A stretch of 63,436 bases of DNA, filler included, from Thraustochytrium aureum (GCA_012862495.1; 10 parts of 5 records of this genome joined end to end with filler, not necessarily neighbours in it), one strand, 5' to 3'. Shown: positions 1 to 11,531, numbered from the whole stretch's first letter. Notes: generated by a model from the letters alone, not told the origin. Made by a program: numbers and translations.

Positions 1-285
1 CGGGTATCGTTCGAGGACAGAGCAATCTCCATTGCCGCCATACGCTGTGTATTGCTCATCGCTCATCGCGCCCTGTTCGTTCATCTCAAACACGACGGTT
101 TTGGCAGCAATCCTTTCAGCTAATTGCTTGGGAGTTTCGCCAAGGTACCCGGGATCCTGTTCTTCCATCTCTGGGTCAACGTATACGCTGTCTAGGCTGA
201 TGCCCTCATTGACCAATTTCTGCACGGCCAGTAGATCTCCATTCAGCACGGCATGGTGCAGCGGGTAAGATTTCGCCGTATCCAT
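1..285 (-). CDS. Ankyrin-repeat-like protein, 3' end runs off the window
   Basis: My translation from ATG at 285: MDTAKSYPLHHAVLNGDLLAVQKLVNEGISLDSV...YLGETPKQLAERI. PLH-A-NG-L-VxxLVxxG and GETP match the ankyrin consensus. Missing from the ORF track because no stop codon is in the window. Confidence 0.65.
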   Translation of the reverse strand, partial: MDTAKSYPLHHAVLNGDLLAVQKLVNEGISLDSVYVDPEMEEQDPGYLGETPKQLAERIAAKTVVFEMNEQGAMSDEQYTAYGGNGDCSVLERYP

Positions 286-299
286 TGGCCTGTATTATG

Positions 300-406
300 T
301 CGCTCTCGCTGGTCTCTCTCGCTGGTCTCTCTCGCTGGTCGCTCTCGCTAGTCGCTCTCGCTGGTCTCTCTCGCTGGTCTCTCTCGCTGGTCGCTCTCGC
401 TCTCGC
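300..406. repeat. Degenerate (CTCGCTGGTCT/CTCT)n microsatellite-like tract
   Basis: Repeated ctcgctggtct units just upstream of the ankyrin ATG. Confidence 0.8.
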
Positions 407-617
407 CGGTGCAGTCGCTGCCGCTACTTTGGGGGTTTGCTGCTGCAGTGCTGATCTTCTAAGCTTTGGAATCTGCAGAAATACGCGATTGCAGATTACT
501 TACTCAGTTGCAGATAGCGGTTTCAGTTGCAGGTTCAGTTGTTGTTAGTTGTACAACGCAAAGATCGGCTCTTTGTTCCGATATACAAATAAATGTATTG
601 GTGTGCACTCTTTGAAT

Positions 618-757
618 GTTTGTGCGTGTGTTTTTGTGAATAAAGGACGGACTACACACGCTCCGTTGTGCACTCATCCGCCCGGGTGTGCCCGACTTCT
701 CCAGTTTGTGCGTGTGTTTATGTGAATAAAGGACGGACTACACAGCCTGTTGTGCAC
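618..757 (+). repeat. Direct repeat, ~86 bp period, 2 copies
   Basis: gtttgtgcgtgtgtttWtgtgaataaaggacggactacaca at 618 and 704, each followed by gttgtgcac. Confidence 0.85.
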
Positions 758-1145
758 CCGTCGGCCTCGAGTGTGCACGCACACAAGGCCGGTGGTATCG
801 GATAAATATAGTGTATTGGTCGGACGGAGAGGTGGGTGCACACCAACTGAGATTAAAAGTTCGGCCGAAAATTATTGACACCCCATAGTTGCCGAAAGCG
901 TACCTCTGGTCATTTGAGGACGGAAAGTGGTGCGATGGGCGCTCTTTAAAACATCCGTTGAATGAACATGAAAGAACAATCTCAAATGACCAGGGGCCCT
1001 AATGATAAGGTGGCTGTGCTCGGTCATCTGACCAGATGACTCCGGGCAGTTTAAGATAGGGTCGAATGAGCAGAAAGAGGCAAAGTGGTGCGGTGTTGGC
1101 GNNNNNNNNNNNNNNNNNNNNNNNNNNNNNNNNNNNNNNNNNNNN

Positions 1146-1157
1146 TTAATTAATTAA
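1146..1157. other. Artificial scaffold linker TTAATTAATTAA (also at 2341, 31341, 42253, 44472, 52935, 59053, 61130, 62272)
   Basis: Identical six-frame-stop 12-mer flanked by ~45 N on each side. Confidence 0.97.
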
Positions 1158-1201
1158 NNNNNNNNNNNNNNNNNNNNNNNNNNNNNNNNNNNNNNNNNNN
1201 N

Positions 1202-2296
1202 GGTTAACAAGCCTCCGACTCTGTCACTGAGCGACGCGTGCGCTGGGATCGACAAAGCAGCTGCTCTTTCGGGATTCAGGCGACGGTCATCGCCTTGCAG
1301 CCTCCCCCGAGGCAGCAAAACATGGCGCACGACGACGATGAAACCCTCGACACAACCCAGCGTCACCTTCGTCAGGACCTGGCGGCCAAGGTGCAAATGC
1401 CGACGCTAACCTCGCTCAGCAAAGATGCCTTCAAGACCTTCCGCAAGCACCTCCGCCGGTACTGCCGCCTGGTCATCGCGGTGGATTTCGATCTCGGCGC
1501 GGTGGGCTGGCCTTTCGAGTGGACGCCGGAGAGCGGCAAGGCGCCGACCGCACACTCGTTCCCCGGCTGGACAGTGGCACGCGACGTAGACCTCGCTCTG
1601 ATCCTCGAGGTCGCCGCCCCGGCGGCGGAGGGCCTCATCAACGCGGCTCTCTCGTCGGCCGTGGCACCGGGGCTCACCGCGTGGCGGGCGATGGTCGACC
1701 ATTTCCGTGAGAACCATCTCAACACGCTCAAGCGGCTCTCCGACGACATGAACGATCTGCACTACGACACGGCGGCCGGCGCTGAGGGATGGTTTACTTT
1801 CATCACGGCGCTCCACACGCTCATCACCGACGCGAACTTGGGATGGGTGCACTGCGTCGAGTCCATGGCGCTCGTGGCCGTCATGCGCGAAGCCCCGACC
1901 GACGAGCCTGCGGTCAATGCGGCGATTCTCGCCAGCGGGACCGGGCGCGAGGTGCCGACCGCTCTCTCCGTGGGACAAGCCGTCTATCACGTGCTCATGC
2001 AGCTGCAGCCGGCCTCCGGCGCGCCCCGACAGACGGCGTTTGTCACGGTGGGACGCGCGCGATCCTCGGGCGAGCGCACTCGCCCCGGCGCGTGCTATCG
2101 ATGCGGCAGCACCGAGCACAAGCTGGCGGGCTGTCGGGCTCCCGACGCGCAAGCCCGCGCGGGGTGGGAGGAGCGAACGCCGTACGGTCAGGTCGTAGCC
2201 TGGCAGGCTCGCACTAAGTCGCGCACCCAATCGAAGCAAGATTCCATCTGCTATTCCCTCCCCACAGCGCTTTGGGCGTCGGCGTCAGCAGCACCA
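1202..2296 (+). mobile_element. Ty1/Copia-like LTR retrotransposon, 5' internal region (leader + gag)
   Basis: Gag with a CCHC knuckle; homologous to the element at 42309-44427, which also carries a Copia-like protease. Confidence 0.75.
1322..2296 (+). CDS. gag: Retrotransposon Gag with zinc knuckle (3' truncated)
   Basis: CYRCGSTEHKLAGC = CX2CX4HX4C; aligns with the Gag at 42690 (MPTLTSLSKDAFKTFRKHL vs LPQLAQMSREAFAAYRQKL; DHFRE vs DHFAE; YDTAAGAEGW vs YNVASGAPGW). Confidence 0.8.
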
Positions 2297-2396
2297 NNNN
2301 NNNNNNNNNNNNNNNNNNNNNNNNNNNNNNNNNNNNNNNNTTAATTAATTAANNNNNNNNNNNNNNNNNNNNNNNNNNNNNNNNNNNNNNNNNNNN

Positions 2397-3506
2397 GCGC
2401 CCATCTCGCCCGAGCCGAGGGCGGAAGATGATGTTGATGCGGATCAGCTCGAACGAGATGAGCGAGACGCTGCCACGGCCGAGGCCGTGGGCGAAGAGCT
2501 GGCGACCGAGCCAGCTATGCAGCAGGTCAGGAAGCGGAAGGAGTACAACAGCGCTGACCTGGACGAACGCCACGTGAGGCGGCCCCGACTGCGCAGCCAG
2601 GTTCACGCCGCTGATCGAAGGGCGATCAAACGGGCTGCGGAGGAGATCAAGGCGGCTGAACGAGAGGCGAGCAAGAAGCAACGCAGCGCCTACCTCGCGA
2701 CGAGTGCAATCGCAAAGGCGGGTCGCCAGGCCAGGAAGGCCGTCAAGTTCGCCGCAAAGCTCGTCAGCAAGGTCAGCAAGGCAGCGAGCCCAGCTCGCGT
2801 GAGCACCAAGCAGCTGCTCACGGCGATGGACCTGCGGATGCACGACGAAGCCGAGGAGTCCATCCACGAGTATGCAGAGGCTCTCGGCGTCTTTGGGGCC
2901 GACGATGAGGAGCGCGGGCGAAAGGTGATGGACACCGCGCCGCTAGGACAGCCGTCAAGAACCCCGGGGCTTCACGGAAGCAAGTGGCACCTCACGGACG
3001 AGGAGAGGCGACTCTGGGAGGACTCTGAGACGGCAGAATGGGAAAACCTCGTCAACCTGGGCGTGGTAGACCCGACGAAAGCTGTACCGGTCGAGGAGGC
3101 CAAGGAGCAGGGCGACGTCCTACGGATCGTCTGGGCCTACAAACGCAAAGCCTCCGGCCAACTAAAGAGTCGGGCGGCATGCGACGGGTCACGGCAAACG
3201 TGGGACCCGGCACTCTCCCCTCTTGAGTCACCGACGATTCCGTATGATCTGGTGCAGATGTGCATGACGCTGGCCCTCAGCTCGGGGTACAAGATGGCGT
3301 TCTGCGACACACCGAGTGCGTACCTGCGAGCCGATGCCATCGGGACGACCTTCCTACACCCGCCCAAGTTTGCCGGTGTGGCGCCGGGGCTCGTGCTCAG
3401 AATCGAGAAAGCGCTGTATGGGACGATCACGGCGGGCGCCGCATGGTACAGCAAGTTCTCTGGTACGCTGCGAGACATGGGGTTTGAGCACTCGAGCAGT
3501 CACCCA
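2397..3506 (+). CDS. pol: Copia-type reverse transcriptase (RVT_2-like) pol fragment
   Basis: WEDSETAEWENL, IVWAYKRK..GQLKSRAACDGSRQ, ESPT, CDTPSAYL, IEKALYG..AGAAWY, MGFEHSSSHP follow the Copia RT motif order; truncated by an N gap before YVDD. Confidence 0.88.
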
Positions 3507-5524
3507 NNNNNNNNNNNNNNNNNNNNNNNNNNNNNNNNNNNNNNNNNNNNNNNNNNNNNNNNNNNNNNNNNNNNNNNNNNNNNNNNNNNNNNNNNNNNNN
3601 NNNNNNNNNNNNNNNNNNNNNNNNNNNNNNNNNNNNNNNNNNNNNNNNNNNNNNNNNNNNNNNNNNNNNNNNNNNNNNNNNNNNNNNNNNNNNNNNNNNN
3701 NNNNNNNNNNNNNNNNNNNNNNNNNNNNNNNNNNNNNNNNNNNNNNNNNNNNNNNNNNNNNNNNNNNNNNNNNNNNNNNNNNNNNNNNNNNNNNNNNNNN
3801 NNNNNNNNNNNNNNNNNNNNNNNNNNNNNNNNNNNNNNNNNNNNNNNNNNNNNNNNNNNNNNNNNNNNNNNNNNNNNNNNNNNNNNNNNNNNNNNNNNNN
3901 NNNNNNNNNNNNNNNNNNNNNNNNNNNNNNNNNNNNNNNNNNNNNNNNNNNNNNNNNNNNNNNNNNNNNNNNNNNNNNNNNNNNNNNNNNNNNNNNNNNN
4001 NNNNNNNNNNNNNNNNNNNNNNNNNNNNNNNNNNNNNNNNNNNNNNNNNNNNNNNNNNNNNNNNNNNNNNNNNNNNNNNNNNNNNNNNNNNNNNNNNNNN
4101 NNNNNNNNNNNNNNNNNNNNNNNNNNNNNNNNNNNNNNNNNNNNNNNNNNNNNNNNNNNNNNNNNNNNNNNNNNNNNNNNNNNNNNNNNNNNNNNNNNNN
4201 NNNNNNNNNNNNNNNNNNNNNNNNNNNNNNNNNNNNNNNNNNNNNNNNNNNNNNNNNNNNNNNNNNNNNNNNNNNNNNNNNNNNNNNNNNNNNNNNNNNN
4301 NNNNNNNNNNNNNNNNNNNNNNNNNNNNNNNNNNNNNNNNNNNNNNNNNNNNNNNNNNNNNNNNNNNNNNNNNNNNNNNNNNNNNNNNNNNNNNNNNNNN
4401 NNNNNNNNNNNNNNNNNNNNNNNNNATTTCAATTCCCAAACGCACGAAGACTAGCCTTGTCTTTGCCAAGCCGTACCTTTCAGCTCACTCGTGAAGCCAA
4501 ATTTTGGGGAAAAGCAAAGAGTATTTTGGCGTGTGCAGAACGGGCGACCAGATTGCCTGCGCTGTACAATGCGTTCAAGTTTGAGCTCAAACAGATTGCC
4601 CTGACAGTTCATTTGGTTGGGTTGTTACCTACTCTACGCGACGCTAAAAGACGGGAGGTCGCAAAAAAGTTGAACATTTGATCCACATTCCCTTTTCCCT
4701 GATGTCTTGGTTGTGGTTGGGCTGTGCTCTTCCAGTTGAGCTTGGAAGGAGATTCGCATGCACCCTTTCCCTCCATCAAAAGAGGGGCGCCTCCCGCGCT
4801 CGCTGGAGCGTGAACGGTAGGGAATGGATCGCGTCACTGCGCGGCCGAAAGCGTCCGGAGGTGGGCAACAGGTGGGTGGCTATCCCCCTTGTAGCGTGTC
4901 TCGCTTTGTCGCTTGCCTGACTGGTCGTATTTATAGTTGAGAGAGAGGATTCCGTGTGAGGAGAGATGCACCCAGTTTGCACCAAGCGGTAGGGCCGAAA
5001 GTTTACAGAGGCTGCTTGACAATTTGCGACACTGACCCTCTCACATAGCTGCCTCGGGAATGGGTAGGTACGGCAGAGAGTGACAACATCTGCGTACCAA
5101 GCATCAATTGAATTGCTTCAACATGTGCAGAGGATTGTGGACTCTAACACGCACGACAGTCCAACCTACTTCTCCTCCCCAAAGACGACATGTTCACAAG
5201 TGCGAGTCAAATACTGAGGCAAGCGAAACAAGGTGAATGGTTCAACATTGGGCGGCGCGGGAAGGACCCTCTTGGGCCAAACACCTGGCGCAGAGAGGCG
5301 CCCCTTTTGATGCCGCCTGACGTACTACACGTAGATTTGGCAGTGCCGTTTCTTTCACTTTTCCTTTGAGGTGGCGCCCCCCGTCTTTTTGCATAGTTCT
5401 TAGCTCGGTAGTGAGTGTAGCGCGGAGTAACACCCAACGACGAGGAGGGATCAACGCCCCTCTTGGCGCTGGCTGACCTAGGTTGGGCAGCGTTCTTTCT
5501 TTCACCTTTCCTTTCTCTTTCCTT

Positions 5525-5672
5525 TTGAGGTCGCACCTCCCGTCTTTTAGCGCTACGTAGAGTAACACCCAACCAATGGAGTACATCAACATTTAGTGGC
5601 ACGAGGAGGAACCTTTTGGGCCAAACGACTGGCGCGGAGGCCACGTCCACTCCAGCTGCGCGCAAGGAGGGG
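5525..5672 (-). pseudogene. Ulp1/C48 cysteine-protease-like fragment within a degenerate repeat family
   Basis: KRFLLVPLNVDVLHWLGVTLRSAKRREV resembles the C48 motif hhhP-N...HW-hhh-kk; related decayed copies at ~5240-5440 and, inverted, at ~4610-4800. Confidence 0.4.
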
Positions 5673-6795
5673 NNNNNNNNNNNNNNNNNNNNNNNNNNNN
5701 NNNNNNNNNNNNNNNNNNNNNNNNNNNNNNNNNNNNNNNNNNNNNNNNNNNNNNNNNNNNNNNNNNNNNNNNNNNNNNNNNNNNNNNNNNNNNNNNNNNN
5801 NNNNNNNNNNNNNNNNNNNNNNNNNNNNNNNNNNNNNNNNNNNNNNNNNNNNNNNNNNNNNNNNNNNNNNNNNNNNNNNNNNNNNNNNNNNNNNNNNNNN
5901 NNNNNNNNNNNNNNNNNNNNNNNNNNNNNNNNNNNNNNNNNNNNNNNNNNNNNNNNNNNNNNNNNNNNNNNNNNNNNNNNNNNNNNNNNNNNNNNNNNNN
6001 NNNNNNNNNNNNNNNNNNNNNNNNNNNNNNNNNNNNNNNNNNNNNNNNNNNNNNNNNNNNNNNNNNNNNNNNNNNNNNNNNNNNNNNNNNNNNNNNNNNN
6101 NNNNNNNNNNNNNNNNNNNNNNNNNNNNNNNNNNNNNNNNNNNNNNNNNNNNNNNNNNNNNNNNNNNNNNNNNNNNNNNNNNNNNNNNNNNNNNNNNNNN
6201 NNNNNNNNNNNNNNNNNNNNNNNNNNNNNNNNNNNNNNNNNNNNNNNNNNNNNNNNNNNNNNNNNNNNNNNNNNNNNNNNNNNNNNNNTGCAAAGGAAGG
6301 AGGAGTGGCAGATGAACAAAAGAGGTCTCACAGATCCAGATCGGAGTCCACCGACTCGGAATGGGTGATCGACAGTGTTGCCAGCAGTTAGCCTCTGCAA
6401 AGGTGTTGGAATCAGGTTGAACTTGGATTCTCGACCCTTCCCAGTCGTCGACAAGCAGTGCTGGAGGAACAAGGTGTGCAGAACGTCATCTTACAGGTAC
6501 AGCCCTCGCAGGGTCTCAGGGTCTGTTGGCAGATCCCGCAAACCAACCATTGGCACCAGCACTAGCAAGAAATGTGCATGCACCCCCACATTCACAATCA
6601 CAGCCTAGTGCATGTAGTCTGTGGCTTGGCTTGTGGTTGGTTGGCGGGATCTGTCAGCAGACCCTGAACGTCAGAAGCACATCGCGGTCCGAACGGCTCC
6701 CAAGCGGCAACAGCTCAAGCGGAGAAAGTGAACGAAACGGAGCAACGAGTCGCGGGCGAACCAGCAACGTTTTGAACGCAACACTCGAGGGGGCC

Positions 6796-9700
6796 ATGAA
6801 CTGGCTTGGACTCCTAGCTCTCTTAGCGTTGGTACCAGCGAGGGGCCAAAACCCTTCCTGGACGCCACTTGGCGACGACATTAAAGGCGAGGCCGATGGT
6901 GACAAATCTGGATCCTCGGTATCGATGTCGTCGGACGGCAGAAGGCTCGCGATCGGGGCGTATGGGTACGAAAACTCTAGAGGCCACGTCCGCGTCTACC
7001 AACTCTCTGAATCGGATGAATGGGGACAACTTGGCGCCGACATCGACGGCGAGGCCGGTGGTGACAGGTCTGGATTCTCGGTATCGCTGTCGTCGGACGG
7101 CACAATGCTCGCGATCGGGGCGTATTTGAACGACGGCCCAAACGCCAATGCCAACACCGAAAAAGGCAAAGTCCGCGTCTACCAACTCAGTGAAACGGAT
7201 GAAGTATATCAATGGAATCAACTCGGCGCCGACCTTGTCGGCGAGACACTTGATGAGTTCTTTGGACTCTCGGTATCGCTGTCGTCGAACGGCAGAAGGC
7301 TCGCGGTCGGGGCGCCTGGAAGAAAAGACCAGTCAGGCATGGTTGCCGTCTACCACCTCACTTCATCGCATACATGGTATCGTGACACCAGATTATATGG
7401 CGCGTACTCTGATGAGAACTTTGGATCCTCGGTATCGCTGTCGTCGGACGGCAAAAAGCTCGCGATCGGGGCGAGGGGGCAAGCAGCGGTCGAGGCCGGG
7501 TCCGCGTCTACCAATTCTCTGCATTGAAGGGATGGGAAACACTTGGCGACGACATCAACGGCGAGGCCGATGGTGACAGATCTGGAAACTCGGTATCGCT
7601 GTCGTCGGACGGCACAATGCTCGCGATCGGGGCGCCTTTGAACGACGGCCCAAACACCAAGACCAACACCAAACGAGGCCACGTCCGCGTCTACCAATTC
7701 TCTGTATCGAATGGATGGGGACAACTTGGCGCCGACATCGACGGCGAGGCCAATGATGGCTACTTTGGATCCTCGGTATCGCTGTCGTCGGACGACACAA
7801 GGCTCGTGATCGGGGCATATGGGCACGGGGGAAATGGGATTACCTACCGTGTAGGCCGCGTCCGCGTCTACCAACTCTTGGCAACGGAAACATGGGGAAA
7901 ACTCGGCCCCGACATCTACGGCGAGGGTAAAAATAACCACTGTGGATTNNNNNNNNNNNNNNNNNNNNNNNNNNNNNNNNNNNNNNNNNNNNNNNNNNNN
8001 NNNNNNNNNNNNNNNNNNNNNNNNNNNNNNNNNNNNNNNNNNNNNNNNNNNNNNNNNNNNNNNNNNNNNNNNNNNNNNNNNNNNNNNNNNNNNNNNNNNN
8101 NNNNNNNNNNNNNNNNNNNNNNNNNNNNNNNNNNNNNNNNNNNNNNNNNNNNNNNNNNNNNNNNNNNNNNNNNNNNNNNNNNNNNNNNNNNNNNNNNNNN
8201 NNNNNNNNNNNNNNNNNNNNNNNNNNNNNNNNNNNNNNNNNNNNNNNNNNNNNNNNNNNNNNNNNNNNNNNNNNNNNNNNNNNNNNNNNNNNNNNNNNNN
8301 NNNNNNNNNNNNNNNNNNNNNNNNNNNNNNNNNNNNNNNNNNNNNNNNNNNNNNNNNNNNNNNNNNNNNNNNNNNNNNNNNNNNNNNNNNNNNNNNNNNN
8401 NNNNNNNNNNNNNNNNNNNNNNNNNNNNNNNNNNNNNNNNNNNNNNNNNNNNNNNNNNNNNNNNNNNNNNNNNNNNNNNNNNNNNNNNNNNNNNNNNNNN
8501 NNNNNNNNNNNNNNNNNNNNNNNNNNNNNNNNNNNNNNNNNNNNNNNNNNNNNNNNNNNNNNNNNNNNNNNNNNNNNNNNNNNNAAACCTTTCTGGACCC
8601 AACTTGGCGACGACATTAAAGGCGAGGCCGATGGTGACAGATCTGGATCCTCGGTATCGATGTCGTCGGACGGCACAATGCTCGCGATCGGGGCGTTTGG
8701 GAACGACAACGATAGAGGCCACGTCCGCGTCTACCAACTATCTGCATCGAATGGATGGGAACAACTTGGCAAGGACATCGACGGCGATGCCGATGGTGAC
8801 AACTTTGGATCCTCGGTATCGCTGTCGTCGGACGGCACAAAGCTCGTGATCGGGGCGAATAAGAAAAACGAGAATCGAGGCCAGGTCCGCGTCTACCAAT
8901 TCTCTGAAATGAATGGATGGGAACAACTTGGCGCCGACATCGACGGCACTGCCAATGGTGCCTTCTTTGGATCCTCGGTATCGCTGTCGTCGAACGGCAC
9001 AATGCTCGCGATCGGGGCGTATGGGAGAAACAACGGTCAAGGCCAGGTCCGCGTCTACCAATTCTCTGAAATGAATGGATGGGAACAACTTGGCGCCGAC
9101 ATCGACGGCACTGCCAAAGGTGAAAACTTTGGATTTCCGGTATCGCTGTCGTCGGACGGCACAATGCTCGCGATCGGGGCGAATAGGAAAAACTATTTTC
9201 GAGGCCAGGTCCGCGTCTACCAATTCTCTTCTGAAACGGAGGAATGGGAACAACTTGGCGACGACATTAATGGCGAGGCCAATTATGACAGATCTGGATT
9301 CTCGGTATCGCTGTCGTCGGACGGCACAATGCTCGCGATCGGGGCGATAGGGAACAACAAATATAGAGGCCACGTCCGCGTCTACCAATTCTCTGAAGCG
9401 AATGGGTGGGAACAACTTGGCGCCGACATCGACGGCGATGCCGATGGTGACAACTTTGGATCCTCGGTATCGCTGTCGTCGGACGGCACAAAGCTCGTGA
9501 TCGGGGCGAATAAGAAAAACGAGAATCGAGGCCAGGTCCGCGTCTACCAATTCTCTTCTGTATCGAATGGATGGGGAAAACTTGGCGACATCTACGGCGA
9601 TGCCGATGGTGACTACTTTGGAGNNNNNNNNNNNNNNNNNNNNNNNNNNNNNNNNNNNNNNNNNNNNNNNNNNNNNNNNNNNNNNNNNNNNNNNNNNNNN

Positions 9701-11531
9701 NNNNNNNNNNNNNNNNNNNNNNNNNNNNNNNNNNNNNNNNNNNNNNNNNNNNNNNNNNNNNNNNNNNNNNNNNNNNNNNNNNNNNNNNNNNNNNNNNNNN
9801 NNNNNNNNNNNNNNNNNNNNNNNNNNNNNNNNNNNNNNNNNNNNNNNNNNNNNNNNNNNNNNNNNNNNNNNNNNNNNNNNNNNNNNNNNNNNNNNNNNNN
9901 NNNNNNNNNNNNNNNNNNNNNNNNNNNNNNNNNNNNNNNNNNNNNNNNNNNNNNNNNNNNNNNNNNNNNNNNNNNNNNNNNNNNNNNNNNNNNNNNNNNN
10001 NNNNNNNNNNNNNNNNNNNNNNNNNNNNNNNNNNNNNNNNNNNNNNNNNNNNNNNNNNNNNNNNNNNNNNNNNNNNNNNNNNNNNNNNNNNNNNNNNNNN
10101 NNNNNNNNNNNNNNNNNNNNNNNNNNNNNNNNNNNNNNNNNNNNNNNNNNNNNNNNNNNNNNNNNNNNNNNNNNNNNNNNNNNNNNNNNNNNNNNNNNNN
10201 NNNNNNNNNNNNNNNNNNNNNNNNNNNNNNNNNNNNNNNNNNNNNNNNNNNNNNNNNNNNNNNNNNNNNNNNNNNNNNNNNNNNNNNNNNNNNNNNNNNN
10301 NNNNNNNNNNNNNNNNNNNNNNNNNNNNNNNNNNNNNNNNNNNNNNNNNNNNNNNNNNNNNNNNNNNNNNNNNNNNNNNNNNNNNNNNNNNNNNNNNNNN
10401 NNNNNNNNNNNNNNNNNNNNNNTCGGTCAGCCCGTCTACTAGCCCGACGTCGAACCCAAGCACGAGTCCCACCACTAGTCCGTCGGTGAGCCCAACCACA
10501 AGCCCCAGCACAAGCCCTTCGACCAGTCCAACGACAAGCCCGTCCGCGAGTCCGTCGGTGACCCCGAGTCGAGCCCGTCTACAACACCGTCTGTGGGCCC
10601 GTCTGCCTCGCCTTCCACGACACCGACCGTCAGCCCGTCCGCGTCTCCATCAGTCTCGCCGACGCTGGCGCCGACCGAGTTTGGGTTCTGCAACAACGCA
10701 CGTGTCATGGTCGCCGTCGACCAGTCGTACAGCATCAAGAACAAGAACCTTGCCGTGCAGGTGGCTGTGGCTAACAGCCTCATCGACGAGCTGTTTATTG
10801 GCGAGTTCGGAACCCAAGTCTCCATTCTCAGCTTTGGTGTCGCGGTTTCGGAAGTTGTCTCGATCAAGGACCTCGGCTTGAGCGCTTCGTACAACACGGC
10901 TTCGCTGAAGGCAGCCGTAGCTGGCTTGATGAAAAGTTCGACCTCCACGGCAGGCACAAATTTTGGGAAGATCTTCAGCGAATATGGCGTCGCGCTCCGA
11001 GAGACCTCTGACAACCCGACAATTGTCCTGCTGTCCGATGGAACCCCTCGCGAGGGCAGGCTCTCAGGTAAGAAGGCCCTGGTGAGTGCTTGCAACACTG
11101 TGGCAGAGTTTAAGGCAAGCAGTTCCACGCGCACCAAGATCATCTGCTTCCAGTCGACGAAGAACTCAAAGGCGGCCGCCTTCCTCAAGTGCGCCTGCGA
11201 TGCGATCTGGCTGACGCAAGGATTCAGACAGACGGACGACCCGACTCGCATTGCTCTCACGATGCGCAACCAGATCTGCGAGCCCTCCATTCGACAGGCC
11301 GACCCGTGTGAAGAGGTTGCGCTACAGTTCCAGAATGGCGCGTTCGGCAGCGGCAAGAAGGCGAAGAAACGGTACAGCAAGGCTTGCAAGGCCGTGCGGC
11401 GCAACTACCGCGGACTGGTGACGGAGCCTGGCTCGGAGCTCGACATGCCCATGGAGCTGCAGTGCTACTTCAACGTCCAGGGCTGCCACGTGTTCAGACG
11501 GTTCGCGCCGCTCTACAATATATCGGGGTAG
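6796..11531 (+). CDS. Secreted FG-GAP-repeat (two 7-blade sets) + Ser/Thr/Pro mucin-like stalk + vWA-domain protein; frameshifts near 7475 and 10567, two N gaps; may be two tandem genes
   Basis: Signal peptide MNWLGLLALLALVPARG; at least 14 repeats W-QLG-DI-G-A-GD-(F/S)G-SVSLSSDG-LAIGA...G-VRVYQ; SPT/SPS repeats 10424-10680; vWA with MIDAS DQSYS, GTNFG and LLSDG. Confidence 0.8.

Noticed and set aside
1202..3506. gag (1322) and RT (2397) as one contiguous element
   Set aside because: They are separated by an artificial linker and the protease/integrase region is absent, so linkage is unproven.
2397..9623. Diversity-generating retroelement formed by the RT plus the FG-GAP variable loops
   Set aside because: The RT is Copia-type, not DGR-type. 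No non-coding template repeat is visible, and the loops also vary at non-A positions.
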